Shown: positions 1 to 8,086 of the stretch, piece after piece
Layout: every line of letters starts with the position of its first letter
Position numbering within the stretch: position 1 is the first letter of the stretch
DNA from: Gemmatimonadota bacterium
GTDB lineage: Bacteria > Gemmatimonadota > Gemmatimonadetes > Palauibacterales > Palauibacteraceae
Length of the DNA: 47,204 nucleotides
Direction: 5' to 3'
Assembly: GCA_029861425.1 (NCBI GenBank)
Contig: JAOTZH010000002.1
Location: 1 to 47,204 of the forward strand
Translations under genes and position numbers: made by a program
The notes under the pieces: model-generated
Databases searched by the model: none
What the model was told of the DNA's origin: nothing
Seen by the model: the letters and a program-made list of their open reading frames with translations, nothing else

Positions 1-390
1 GTTCTCGTAATCGGCCGGATCGAGCCGAAACAGTGGATCGCCCACCGAGAAGCGGCCACCGCTCACGAACGCCGGCGAAACCCACGTGACCCGTCCCCCG
101 ACCTCGGCGGCGATCGTCACTTCGGCGCTCGGGCGAACAGTGCCGCTCCCGCGGACCCGGATGGCACCGCTCTCGACTCTGGTCGCCGCCGTGGTGACGG
201 TCGGCACGAGGCGGGGAGGCTCGACCTCCTCCGGATCGCCGCGGAGGCCCACGAGCAGGGAGAATCCTCCGATACCCGCCGCCAGGACCAGCAGCCCCTG
301 CTGCCAGGGTGCCAGCCGACCAAAGCCGCGGCCAGTTCTCCTCGGGGCCCGTTCGGGTCCCGTCGTTTCGCTGTTCTCGACCGTTTCCAT
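1..390 (-). CDS. Efflux periplasmic adaptor (membrane-fusion protein, HlyD/AcrA type), N-terminal fragment running off the left edge
   Basis: Absent from the ORF track because it is open at the window edge. My own reverse-strand translation from ATG 390 gives METVENSETTGPERAPRRTGRGFGRLAPWQQGLLVLAAGIGGFSLLVGL...VTTAATRVESGAIRVRGSGTVRPSAEVTIAAEVGGRVTWVSPAFVSGGRFSVGDPLFRLDPADYEN. This is a TM anchor followed by the beta-strand pattern typical of RND/MFS adaptors. The ATG directly abuts the TAG (391-393) of the upstream outer-membrane factor gene, with GGAG about 8 nt upstream. Confidence 0.6.
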   Translation of the reverse strand, partial: METVENSETTGPERAPRRTGRGFGRLAPWQQGLLVLAAGIGGFSLLVGLRGDPEEVEPPRLVPTVTTAATRVESGAIRVRGSGTVRPSAEVTIAAEVGGRVTWVSPAFVSGGRFSVGDPLFRLDPADYEN

Positions 391-1965
391 CTATCGATCT
401 CCGGAGCCCGCGTCGGGGCTGTCCGCATCCATTCGCTGCGGCTCGTCGGCCGCCGTTTCAGTTTCCGTCTCGGGTGCCGTCCAGGCCCCGCCGAGCGATC
501 GGTGGACGGCGAGCCTCGACTCCGCGAGGCCTCGCTCCACCTCCACGAACGTCCGTCTCGCGCTGATCAGATTGACCCGGGCGTCGAGATACGAGACGTA
601 ATCGCCGACGCCGCCCTGGAAACGCTGGAGCTGCGTGTTGAGTGAAGCCTCGGCGTCCGCGATCTGATCCAGAGTGCGTGCGTAGCGCTCGAGCGAGTTT
701 TCGAACGCCGACAGGCTCGTCCGGACCTCCTGATACGCCGTGAGCACGGTGCGCACATACGCCGCCAGGAACTGGTCGTACTGGGCTTCCGCAACGCCGA
801 TGTTGGCGCGGATGCGGCCGCCCTGGAATATCGGGGCAACGAGGCCACCGATCAGGTTGACGAACCACTGGTCCGCCCGGAACAGGTCCGCCGGCTCACT
901 CGACTGGAAGCCGACGTTCCCGTTCAGGCTGATCGTCGGGAGCTGCTCGGCGCGGCGGGCCCCCACCCGCAGTCGCGCCGATTCGACTCGTTCCTGAGCG
1001 GCGATCACGTCCGGACGGCCCTCGAGTAGACGGACCGGGAGCCCCGGCGCCACCGGCGTCGTGCCGACCGCCGGCGCGAGGGCCGGTGGGAGCAGGTCGT
1101 CGATCCGCCCGGCGTACCGGCCGAGGATGACGGCGAGGCGACCCTCGGCGTCATCCAGTTGCGTCCGAACCACCGGAAGATCCGCCTGAGCCGTGCGATA
1201 CAGCTGTCTGATCGTGTAGAGCTCGAACGAGCCCGTGAGACCGCGCTGATACCTCGCATCGGTCAGCTCGGAGCGCTCGCCGAGGATGTCGACGTTCTCC
1301 TCGAGCAGACGAACCTGTTCGCGGAGCGATACGATCTCGAAGTACGTCGAGACGGTGGAGGCGATGACCCCGAGTCGCACCGTTTCGAAGTCCGCCCGTG
1401 ACGCCATGAAGTCGCGTGAAGCCGCTCCCGTCTCGTTTCTCACCCTGCCCCAGAAGTCGAACTCATAGGAGAAGCCGAGAGAGGCGGAGTACGTCGTGAA
1501 CTCGAACCGGTCCGGAAACTCGAAGGAGACGCCGGGGGGCAGGCCCCCGGTCGAGTCCCCGGGCGCCGCGTCCTCCCCACCGATCTGACCGCCGAGTCCG
1601 GTGTTGGACGGCGTGCTGGATCTCGTCGCGTCGGCGTTCAGGGACAGCGACGGGAAGAGCGCCGATCGCGCGATCCGGTAGCGGTTCCTCAACTCCTCGA
1701 GACGACCGGCGGCCTCGTAGAGGTCGAGGTTCGCCGTCAACGCGGTATCGACCAGCTCGTCCAGGACCGGATCTTCGAACGCCTCCCACCACTCGAGCGG
1801 CTCGTATTCGCCTGCCGGCGCATCGAAGGAGTAGTCGGGCGGAAGCTCCGCGACTGTCGCCGGGGTCTCGGGAGCCGGCGCGAACGAGCACGCGGCGACA
1901 CCGATGACCAGCCCCGAGGCCAGGACGGGCCGAAGGACCCGGCGGCGCCGAGCTTCCGGCGTCAC
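391..1965 (-). CDS. Efflux outer-membrane factor lipoprotein (NodT/OprM family)
   Basis: ORF 391..2115. Lipobox LVIGVAAC-S. Has the OMF repeat pattern (LDLYEAAGRLEELRNRYRIARSALFPSLSLNADATR ... and a second half LRVGARRAEQLPTISLNGNVGF). Start trimmed to GTG at 1965, which forms a GTGA overlap with the tetR stop (1962-1964). Confidence 0.85.
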   Translation of the reverse strand: MTPEARRRRVLRPVLASGLVIGVAACSFAPAPETPATVAELPPDYSFDAPAGEYEPLEWWEAFEDPVLDELVDTALTANLDLYEAAGRLEELRNRYRIARSALFPSLSLNADATRSSTPSNTGLGGQIGGEDAAPGDSTGGLPPGVSFEFPDRFEFTTYSASLGFSYEFDFWGRVRNETGAASRDFMASRADFETVRLGVIASTVSTYFEIVSLREQVRLLEENVDILGERSELTDARYQRGLTGSFELYTIRQLYRTAQADLPVVRTQLDDAEGRLAVILGRYAGRIDDLLPPALAPAVGTTPVAPGLPVRLLEGRPDVIAAQERVESARLRVGARRAEQLPTISLNGNVGFQSSEPADLFRADQWFVNLIGGLVAPIFQGGRIRANIGVAEAQYDQFLAAYVRTVLTAYQEVRTSLSAFENSLERYARTLDQIADAEASLNTQLQRFQGGVGDYVSYLDARVNLISARRTFVEVERGLAESRLAVHRSLGGAWTAPETETETAADEPQRMDADSPDAGSGDR

Positions 1966-2657
1966 GGAGCAGCCCCGGTGTCGTCGGGCCGGAGGCCTCG
2001 AAGCAGCAGATCGACGACGTGCCGCTTTCGCTCCTCCACGAATGCGTCGAAGTCGTCCTCGACCTCGGGGTGGAAGATCCGCACGGTCGGAAGCGCCACA
2101 AACGGGAAGATGCATGCCGAGACGATGGTCAGCATGGTCTGCTCAGAGTCGATAGGGCGGACCTCGCCGGCGGCGACGGCGGCTCTGATCCGGTCCTCCA
2201 TCACGAGAGCGGGGAAGCCCTCCGGGTTCTCCTTCGCCCGTTCGAGATACGAGGTCAGCACGGGACCGCCGCACAGACACTCGTTGAGCATCAGGCGCGC
2301 CATCTCCTGGTGCCCGTGGAGGTAGTCGATGTACCCGCGAACGAAGGTCCCGAGGGTCTCCTCGAATCCTCGTTCTTCTCGAAGGCTGGGCGTCAGACCC
2401 GAGACGAACTGCTCGAACCCGTGCGCGAACACGGCCTCGTACAGCTGTGCCTTGCTCCGGAAGTAGTAGTGGAGGAGGGCCCGATTGATCTTGGCGTGAT
2501 CCGCGATCTCCTGCATTCGCGCCCCGTCCTGCCCCTTGTTGGAGAAGACGTGGAGCGCGGCGTCGAAGATCCGCTGTTCCGTTCCCGGTTCTGTCGTCCC
2601 GTCGGCGTCGCGGGACGAGGAACCGGCCGGTGCGTGTGCTTCCATGACCCCGTGCAT
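1962..2657 (-). CDS. TetR/AcrR family transcriptional regulator
   Basis: Classic TetR N-terminal HTH: RIFDAALHVFSNKGQDGARMQEIADHAKINRALLHYYFRSKAQLYEAVF. It is the first gene of the efflux operon. Confidence 0.9.
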   Translation of the reverse strand: MHGVMEAHAPAGSSSRDADGTTEPGTEQRIFDAALHVFSNKGQDGARMQEIADHAKINRALLHYYFRSKAQLYEAVFAHGFEQFVSGLTPSLREERGFEETLGTFVRGYIDYLHGHQEMARLMLNECLCGGPVLTSYLERAKENPEGFPALVMEDRIRAAVAAGEVRPIDSEQTMLTIVSACIFPFVALPTVRIFHPEVEDDFDAFVEERKRHVVDLLLRGLRPDDTGAAP

Positions 2658-2726
2658 CTATCCGAAACGCCTTCCGCACGGTGGCTTCTCGTCGGTCGGC
2701 GAGTCGGCGAAGGCGTTGTCCATATC

Positions 2727-2746
2727 GTTTAACTGTTTTGTTAAAC
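2727..2746. promoter_or_regulatory. Perfect inverted repeat GTTTAAC-N6-GTTAAAC, candidate TetR operator
   Basis: gtttaac tgtttt gttaaac read directly at 2727-2746. It is the only markedly AT-rich patch in the 253-bp maf/tetR divergent intergenic region and lies 70 nt upstream of the tetR start. A further half-site-like TAAACGG follows. Confidence 0.4.
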
Positions 2747-2910
2747 TAAACGGTTGACGGAAGACGGGCAACCTCGGTCGGGGCTCCACAGGGACAATCT
2801 GCCGCCCATCGGCAATTCGATCCGCCGCCGCTGTCGCGCGGACGGCCGCGACCCGTATCATCCCTTGGCTGAGCGCCGACAGACGACCAACGACCGGCTA
2901 GGGATCCCTG

Positions 2911-3597
2911 GTGACGAACCCTCCTCCAAGACTGATTCTCGCGTCCGGCTCTCCCCGTCGTGCATCCGTGCTGGAGCAGCTCGGACTGGCGTTCGACACA
3001 CGCGTGTCGGATGTCGACGAGAGTCCGCGCCCGGGTGAAAGCGCCCCCGCTCTCGCGGAGCGGCTGGCGCGGGCGAAGGCCTCGGAGGGTGCCGAGGAAG
3101 GAGCCGTCGCCTTCGGCTTCGATACCGTCGTGTGGCACCGGGACACGATCCTCGGGAAGCCTCGCTCTCCCGAGGAGGCAGTGGAGATGGTGGAGCGGCT
3201 CGCTGGCGACACTCACGTCGTGTTCAGCGGAATCGCGGCGGCAGCCCCTGGACGTATCGCGAGCGCGGTGGAGGAGACGACCGTTCGGTTTCGTGCCATC
3301 CGACCCGGAGAGGCGGCCGACTACGTGGCGACGGGAGAGCCGCTCGACAAGGCCGGCGCCTATGGCATCCAGGGCGCGGGAGCCGCGCTCGTGTCGAGGG
3401 TGGAGGGCGACTTCTTCAACGTGATGGGGTTCCCGATCGCCCGTTTCCAGGATCTTCTCGAGGAGTTCGGCTGGCGCTACCGCTTCGGACATCTCGACCC
3501 CGTCGAAGCCGGCCCTTCGAGCCACGTCACGCCCATGGCGTCGACTGCTTCCCCGTCAGAACCTCACCTATCCCAGCGACCCGGAGTGGACGCATGA
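2911..3597 (+). CDS. maf: Maf-like nucleoside triphosphate pyrophosphatase (septum formation protein Maf)
   Basis: LILASGSPRRASVLEQLGLAF...DVDE ... KAGAYGIQGAGAALVSRVEGDFFNVMGFP are the Maf family signatures. GTG start at 2911. The stop overlaps the ggt ATG (ATGA at 3594-3597). Carries a C-terminal tail about 35 aa longer than typical Maf. Confidence 0.85.
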   Translation: MTNPPPRLILASGSPRRASVLEQLGLAFDTRVSDVDESPRPGESAPALAERLARAKASEGAEEGAVAFGFDTVVWHRDTILGKPRSPEEAVEMVERLAGDTHVVFSGIAAAAPGRIASAVEETTVRFRAIRPGEAADYVATGEPLDKAGAYGIQGAGAALVSRVEGDFFNVMGFPIARFQDLLEEFGWRYRFGHLDPVEAGPSSHVTPMASTASPSEPHLSQRPGVDA

Positions 3598-5300
3598 GGA
3601 CGCACGATTCGACACCCGCGGGATCCAGACTCCTTCGAGGGCTGGCCTCTTCGATACTCGCCATCTGGGCCGCCTCCATCCCGACCCTGCCGGCGGTTGC
3701 CCAGAGCGCGGGGCAGATCGCGCGTTCTGAGAACGGGGTCGTCGTGGCCGCGCAGCCGCTTGCGGCGGCGGCCGGGGCCCGCATGCTCGAGCTCGGAGGC
3801 AACGCCGCCGACGCGGCCGTGGCGGCGGCGTTCGCGATCTCGGTTGTCGAGCCGAGCATGAACAGCATCGGCGGGCGGAACCAGATCCTCGTTCGGCTGC
3901 CCGATGGCTCGATCCACGGGATCGACGGCACGACGAGCGTTCCGCTCGGATACGATCCGGAGACCGCGCCCAGCGCCTCGTACGGATACGCCACGGTGGG
4001 CGTCCCCGGGTCGGTTGCCGGGCTCATGCGTTTGCATTCCGAGTTCGGTTCCCTGCCCCTCGAGGTCGTCGCCGCGCCAGCGATCGACTATGCGGAGCAC
4101 GGGTTCCGGGTGCTCCCGGGCGAGGCACGGCGTCAGGCCGGCTCGGCAAGCCAGATCGCGGAGTCCGCCGGGGCCAGTCGGTACTACCTGAAGGCCGACG
4201 GATCGTCGTACACGGCAGGCGACCTCCTCGTGCAGCGGGACATGGCGAGGACGCTCACGGCGATCGCTCACGGCGGGGCGGACGCCTTCTACCGCGGGGA
4301 GATCGCCGAGAAGATCGCGGCCGACATGGCGGCGAATGGCGGCTTCGTCACCATGGAGGCGCTCGACGCCTATGACGCCGAGGACTCGAGGATCGTCCGC
4401 GGGACGTATCGCGGATACGAGATCGTCGGGTCGGACATCCCGGCGTCAGGATCGGTCGCGATCCAGGCGCTCCAGATCGCCGAGAACTTCGACCCGGAGG
4501 CCCTGGGCGCCGAGGCGTGGGCATCCGTGATCGGTCAGTCGATCGCGCTGGCACTCGAGGACTACATGCGGCTGGGCTCCGATACGGCGGCCGTCCGCGC
4601 GACCTCGAAGGACTGGGCCGCCCGCCAGGCGGGACGGATCCAGCTCCCGGCGAACGCCATGGGGGGTCGCGAGATTCCGGCCCGGGTCGACCCGGGCCTC
4701 CTGCCCTCGGACCAGGGACATACGACTCACCTGTCCGCGGCGGACGGGAACGGGATGGCCGTGGCGCTGACGCAGACGCTGGGGCCGGGGATGGGGTCGC
4801 GCGTCGCGACTCCGGGGCTCGGGTTCCTCTACGCCGTCACGCTCGGCGGCTACCTCGGAATCAGCGAGCCAGGCGAGCGCGCGAGATCGGGCATCACGCC
4901 GTTCATGGTGCTCCGCGATGGCGAGCCTGTGCTCGTCCTTGGCGCCGCCGGTGGGATCCGGATCATCTCCGCGGTCGTTCAGGCAGTCACGCGTGTGGTG
5001 GACGATGGCATGACGCTTCCGGAGGCTCTGGCAGCGCCGCGCGTGCACCCGGACATGAACCTCCGGACCGGAGAGCTCATGGGGCTGTCTGTCGAGGCGG
5101 CCCCGGATGACGGATGGTCGGACGCCGCCCTCGAGCGCTTCGACGAGCTCGGGCTGACGGTCGCTCCGGCCAACCGGCGCGGCGCATTCGGACGAATCCA
5201 TGGCCTACATTACGATGCCGAGACGGGCATCTGGACGGGAGCGGCCGACCCGGACTGGGAGGGCGCGGCCGTGATCCCGATGGTCGATCGCCGTCGCTAG
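3594..5300 (+). CDS. ggt: Gamma-glutamyltranspeptidase, exported
   Basis: ORF 3132..5300 trimmed to ATG 3594 (MRTHDSTPAGSRLLRGLASSILAIWAASIPTLPAVAQS is a signal peptide). GGT signatures: LELGGNAADAAVAAAFAISVVEPSMNSIGG, and the autoprocessing/nucleophile site DQGHTTHLSAADGNG. Confidence 0.9.
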   Translation: MRTHDSTPAGSRLLRGLASSILAIWAASIPTLPAVAQSAGQIARSENGVVVAAQPLAAAAGARMLELGGNAADAAVAAAFAISVVEPSMNSIGGRNQILVRLPDGSIHGIDGTTSVPLGYDPETAPSASYGYATVGVPGSVAGLMRLHSEFGSLPLEVVAAPAIDYAEHGFRVLPGEARRQAGSASQIAESAGASRYYLKADGSSYTAGDLLVQRDMARTLTAIAHGGADAFYRGEIAEKIAADMAANGGFVTMEALDAYDAEDSRIVRGTYRGYEIVGSDIPASGSVAIQALQIAENFDPEALGAEAWASVIGQSIALALEDYMRLGSDTAAVRATSKDWAARQAGRIQLPANAMGGREIPARVDPGLLPSDQGHTTHLSAADGNGMAVALTQTLGPGMGSRVATPGLGFLYAVTLGGYLGISEPGERARSGITPFMVLRDGEPVLVLGAAGGIRIISAVVQAVTRVVDDGMTLPEALAAPRVHPDMNLRTGELMGLSVEAAPDDGWSDAALERFDELGLTVAPANRRGAFGRIHGLHYDAETGIWTGAADPDWEGAAVIPMVDRRR

Positions 5301-5334
5301 CCCCGCACGACAGGACCTCAACCGACTCTGAACT

Positions 5335-7275
5335 ATGGGAACTCAAACGGTCAACACGACGGCGACGCCCGAGCAGCTTCGGGCGTTTACGGCCCAACTG
5401 CTCGAGGACCTCGATCGCCTGAAGGGACTCCTCGAGTCCGACGGGATAGAGAAAGGACCCACCCGGATCGGCGCGGAACTCGAGATGTTTCTCGTGGACC
5501 GCAGATTCCGCCCGGTCAGGTCGGGGCCTCAGATCCTCGAGCGGATCCAAGACGCTCGCGTCACTCCGGAACTCGGCGCGTTCAATCTCGAGATCAACTC
5601 GACTCCGTCCGAGCTGGCGGGACCGTCGCTGAGCGGACTGGAGAACCAGCTCCTTGAGGTCCTGAGCTCCGTTCGAGAGGCCGCCGCCGAGCTCGACGTA
5701 CGCGTCGCCCTGGCTGGCATCCTCCCCACTCTCGAAGCCCGCCATGCGAGCCTCGACTATATGACGCCGTCCGACCGCTACGTCCGGTTGAACGACGCCA
5801 TGACGGCGCTCCGGGGCGGCGCGTACAGCGTGTTCATCAAGGGGGTCGACGAGCTGGCGCTCAAGCACGAAACCGTCATGCTCGAAGCCTGCAACACGAG
5901 CTTTCAGCTTCACCTCCAGGTCGACCCCGCCCGTTTCGCGATGGTGTACAACATTGGACTCCTGGCGACCGCCCCGGTGCTGGCGATCTCGACCAACTCG
6001 CCGCTCCTGTTCGGTCGGCGTCTGTGGCGAGAGACCCGGATCGCCCTGTTCCAGCAGTCCATCGATACGCGGCGACCCACGTCCGATCAGCGCTTTTCCG
6101 CTCCCCGCGTGGACTTCGGGCGCGACTGGGTCGAGAATTCTGTGCTCGACATCTACCGCGACGACGTAGCCCGCTTCCGGGCCGTGCTGTCCGCCGAGAC
6201 CGAGGCCGACCCGCCCGATCGAATCCCGAAGCTCCCGGCGCTTCAGCTGTTCAACGGCACGGTCTACCGCTGGCTCCGGCCATGCTACGGTGTGGCAGGC
6301 GACACCGCCCACCTCCGAATCGAGAGCCGAATCCTCCCGGCGGGTCCGACACCGGTGGATCAGGTGGCGAACGCGGCTTTCTGGTACGGGCTCCTGTTCG
6401 GTCTGGAAGAGGCCATCGGCGACCCGAAGGGACAGATCGACTTCGACCGGGTCCGTGAGAATTTCTTCGCCGCTGCCCGACACGGCCTCAGCGCACCGAT
6501 CGAGTGGATCGATGGAAGCCACAGGGGCGCCCGGGAGCTCATCCTCGAGGAGCTCTTGCCGATCGCGGCCCGCGGACTCGAGTTGGCGGGCGTCGACGCC
6601 TCCGACAGCCAGCGCTATCTGGAGGTGGTCCGGGCCCGAGCGGAATCCAGACAGACGGGCTCCGAATGGATGCTCCGCGCGGTCGAGGCGATCGGCGGCG
6701 ATCCGGTCGCCCCGTGGGCGCAACTCACCGAGGCCATGATCGAGCGTCAGGCGGAGAACCGTCCGGTACACGAATGGGATTTGCCTCGGAAGCAGAGGAG
6801 GTCGATCGAGGAGCGACTCGACCGCCCCCTGGTGTCGCACATGCAGAGGGATCTCGTGACCGCGCAGGAGACGGATCCGGTGAGCTTCGCGCTCCACTTG
6901 ATGGGGTGGAAGCAGATCCGGCACCTGCCGATCGAAGACACGGATCAGCGGCTCGTGGGGTTGATCACGCGCTCGACGCTGTTCAGGTATCTCGCCGCCA
7001 GCGAGGAAGGAGGGTCCAGCGAGAGGGCCCAGCTCATCCCGCTGTCCGAAGTGATGCACCGCGACCTGATCACGGCGGGGCCTGACGTGAGCGTCGGGGA
7101 CGCCATCCTCACGATGCGATCACACGGCGTGTCTTCACTGCCGATCGTCGATGACGGCCGGCTCGTGGGCCTCGTGACGGAGCGCGATTTCCTGACGCTG
7201 GCGACGGACGCCCTCTTCGGCCGCGGTCAGGGAGCGGCGACTACGTCAGGACGTCGCCGACCGCCCGACGAATAA
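5335..7275 (+). CDS. Glutamate-cysteine ligase family 2 (carboxylate-amine ligase, YbdK-like) fused to C-terminal tandem CBS domains
   Basis: N-terminal roughly 480 aa is collinear with GCS2/YbdK blocks (GAELEMFLVD; ELGAFNLEINSTP; CNTSFQLHLQV; ISTNSPLLFGRRLWRETRIALFQQS; LRIESRILPAGPT). The C-terminus has two CBS-like units (HLPIEDTDQRLVGLITRSTLFRYL and VMHRDLITAGPDVSVGDAILTMRSHGVSSLPIVDDGRLVGLVTERDFL). Confidence 0.75.
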   Translation: MGTQTVNTTATPEQLRAFTAQLLEDLDRLKGLLESDGIEKGPTRIGAELEMFLVDRRFRPVRSGPQILERIQDARVTPELGAFNLEINSTPSELAGPSLSGLENQLLEVLSSVREAAAELDVRVALAGILPTLEARHASLDYMTPSDRYVRLNDAMTALRGGAYSVFIKGVDELALKHETVMLEACNTSFQLHLQVDPARFAMVYNIGLLATAPVLAISTNSPLLFGRRLWRETRIALFQQSIDTRRPTSDQRFSAPRVDFGRDWVENSVLDIYRDDVARFRAVLSAETEADPPDRIPKLPALQLFNGTVYRWLRPCYGVAGDTAHLRIESRILPAGPTPVDQVANAAFWYGLLFGLEEAIGDPKGQIDFDRVRENFFAAARHGLSAPIEWIDGSHRGARELILEELLPIAARGLELAGVDASDSQRYLEVVRARAESRQTGSEWMLRAVEAIGGDPVAPWAQLTEAMIERQAENRPVHEWDLPRKQRRSIEERLDRPLVSHMQRDLVTAQETDPVSFALHLMGWKQIRHLPIEDTDQRLVGLITRSTLFRYLAASEEGGSSERAQLIPLSEVMHRDLITAGPDVSVGDAILTMRSHGVSSLPIVDDGRLVGLVTERDFLTLATDALFGRGQGAATTSGRRRPPDE

Positions 7276-8086
7276 GCACGCTGGCGAGGTGCAGTCGATA
7301 CTCGGCGCTCGCCTGTTCATCTCCCGGCGGCATCCCGATGTCCGCCACCTGCGCAGCCGCGGCCGCCACTTCATCTGCGCCGCTCACGCCGACGAGGGAG
7401 GCTTCGACGGCCTCCGCTCGTAGCGGCGTGCCACCCATGTTGGTCAGCCCGATCGCCGCGCTCGAGATCGCGCCGCCATCCGTGCCGATCAGAGCGGCAA
7501 CGCCCACGATCGCCCAGTCCTGTGCGCGGCGATTGAACTTCCGGTAAACGCCACTCGCCCCTGACACGGGGACGCGAATCGAGGTGAGAATCTCGCCGTC
7601 GCCGAGCGCCGACATGAAGGGTCCCTCGAAGAAATCGGCCGCGGCGACCGACCGCGACCCGCCCACCGCCTCGATCACGAACTCCGCGTCCATGGCCAGC
7701 AACGCCGTCGGGAGATCGGACGCTGGATCCGCGTGGGCTACGGAGCCACCGATGGTCCCGCGGTGCCGGACCTGCGGGTCGCCGATCTGTGCGGCCGTCG
7801 TCGTCAGGAGCGGACACGCCTCTCCGAGCTCGTGCGAGTCGGCGATCTCGTGATGCGTGGTCAGGGCTCCGATCTCGATCGCATCGCCGTTGCCCGAAAC
7901 GTACTTGAGGTCGTCCAGCCCCCCGATATCGACGAGTAGCGTGGGGCGGGCAAGGCGAAGTCGCATCAGCGGGAGCAGGGAGTGCCCGCCGGCGAGCAGA
8001 CGGGCATCCTCGCCGCCCTGCGCCATCAGTTCCAGCGCATGCGCGACCGAGGTGGCGCGCTCGTATTCGAACGGTGCCGGAATCAC
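7241..8086 (-). CDS. coxM: Molybdoenzyme FAD-binding medium subunit (CoxM-like)
   Basis: ORF 7241..8773 trimmed to GTG 8086 (VIPAPFEYERATSVAHALELMAQGGEDARLLAGGHSLLPLMRLRLARPTLLVDIGGL), giving about 281 aa. GTGA overlap with the large-subunit stop at 8083-8085. Confidence 0.85.
   Translation of the reverse strand: MIPAPFEYERATSVAHALELMAQGGEDARLLAGGHSLLPLMRLRLARPTLLVDIGGLDDLKYVSGNGDAIEIGALTTHHEIADSHELGEACPLLTTTAAQIGDPQVRHRGTIGGSVAHADPASDLPTALLAMDAEFVIEAVGGSRSVAAADFFEGPFMSALGDGEILTSIRVPVSGASGVYRKFNRRAQDWAIVGVAALIGTDGGAISSAAIGLTNMGGTPLRAEAVEASLVGVSGADEVAAAAAQVADIGMPPGDEQASAEYRLHLASVLIRRAVGDVLT

Noticed and set aside
3132-3593. Long N-terminal extensions of track ORFs. Examples: ggt from 3132, coxM to 8773, SDR to 27155, SSS to 28648, AKR-RidA to 32431, 2OG oxygenase to 35455, CutC to 37122, ankyrin to 39226.
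   Set aside because: The extensions overlap the upstream genes, are Arg-rich and motif-free, and in each case an internal start gives a canonical N-terminus (signal peptide, lipobox or family-typical first block), often with an SD or a start/stop overlap.
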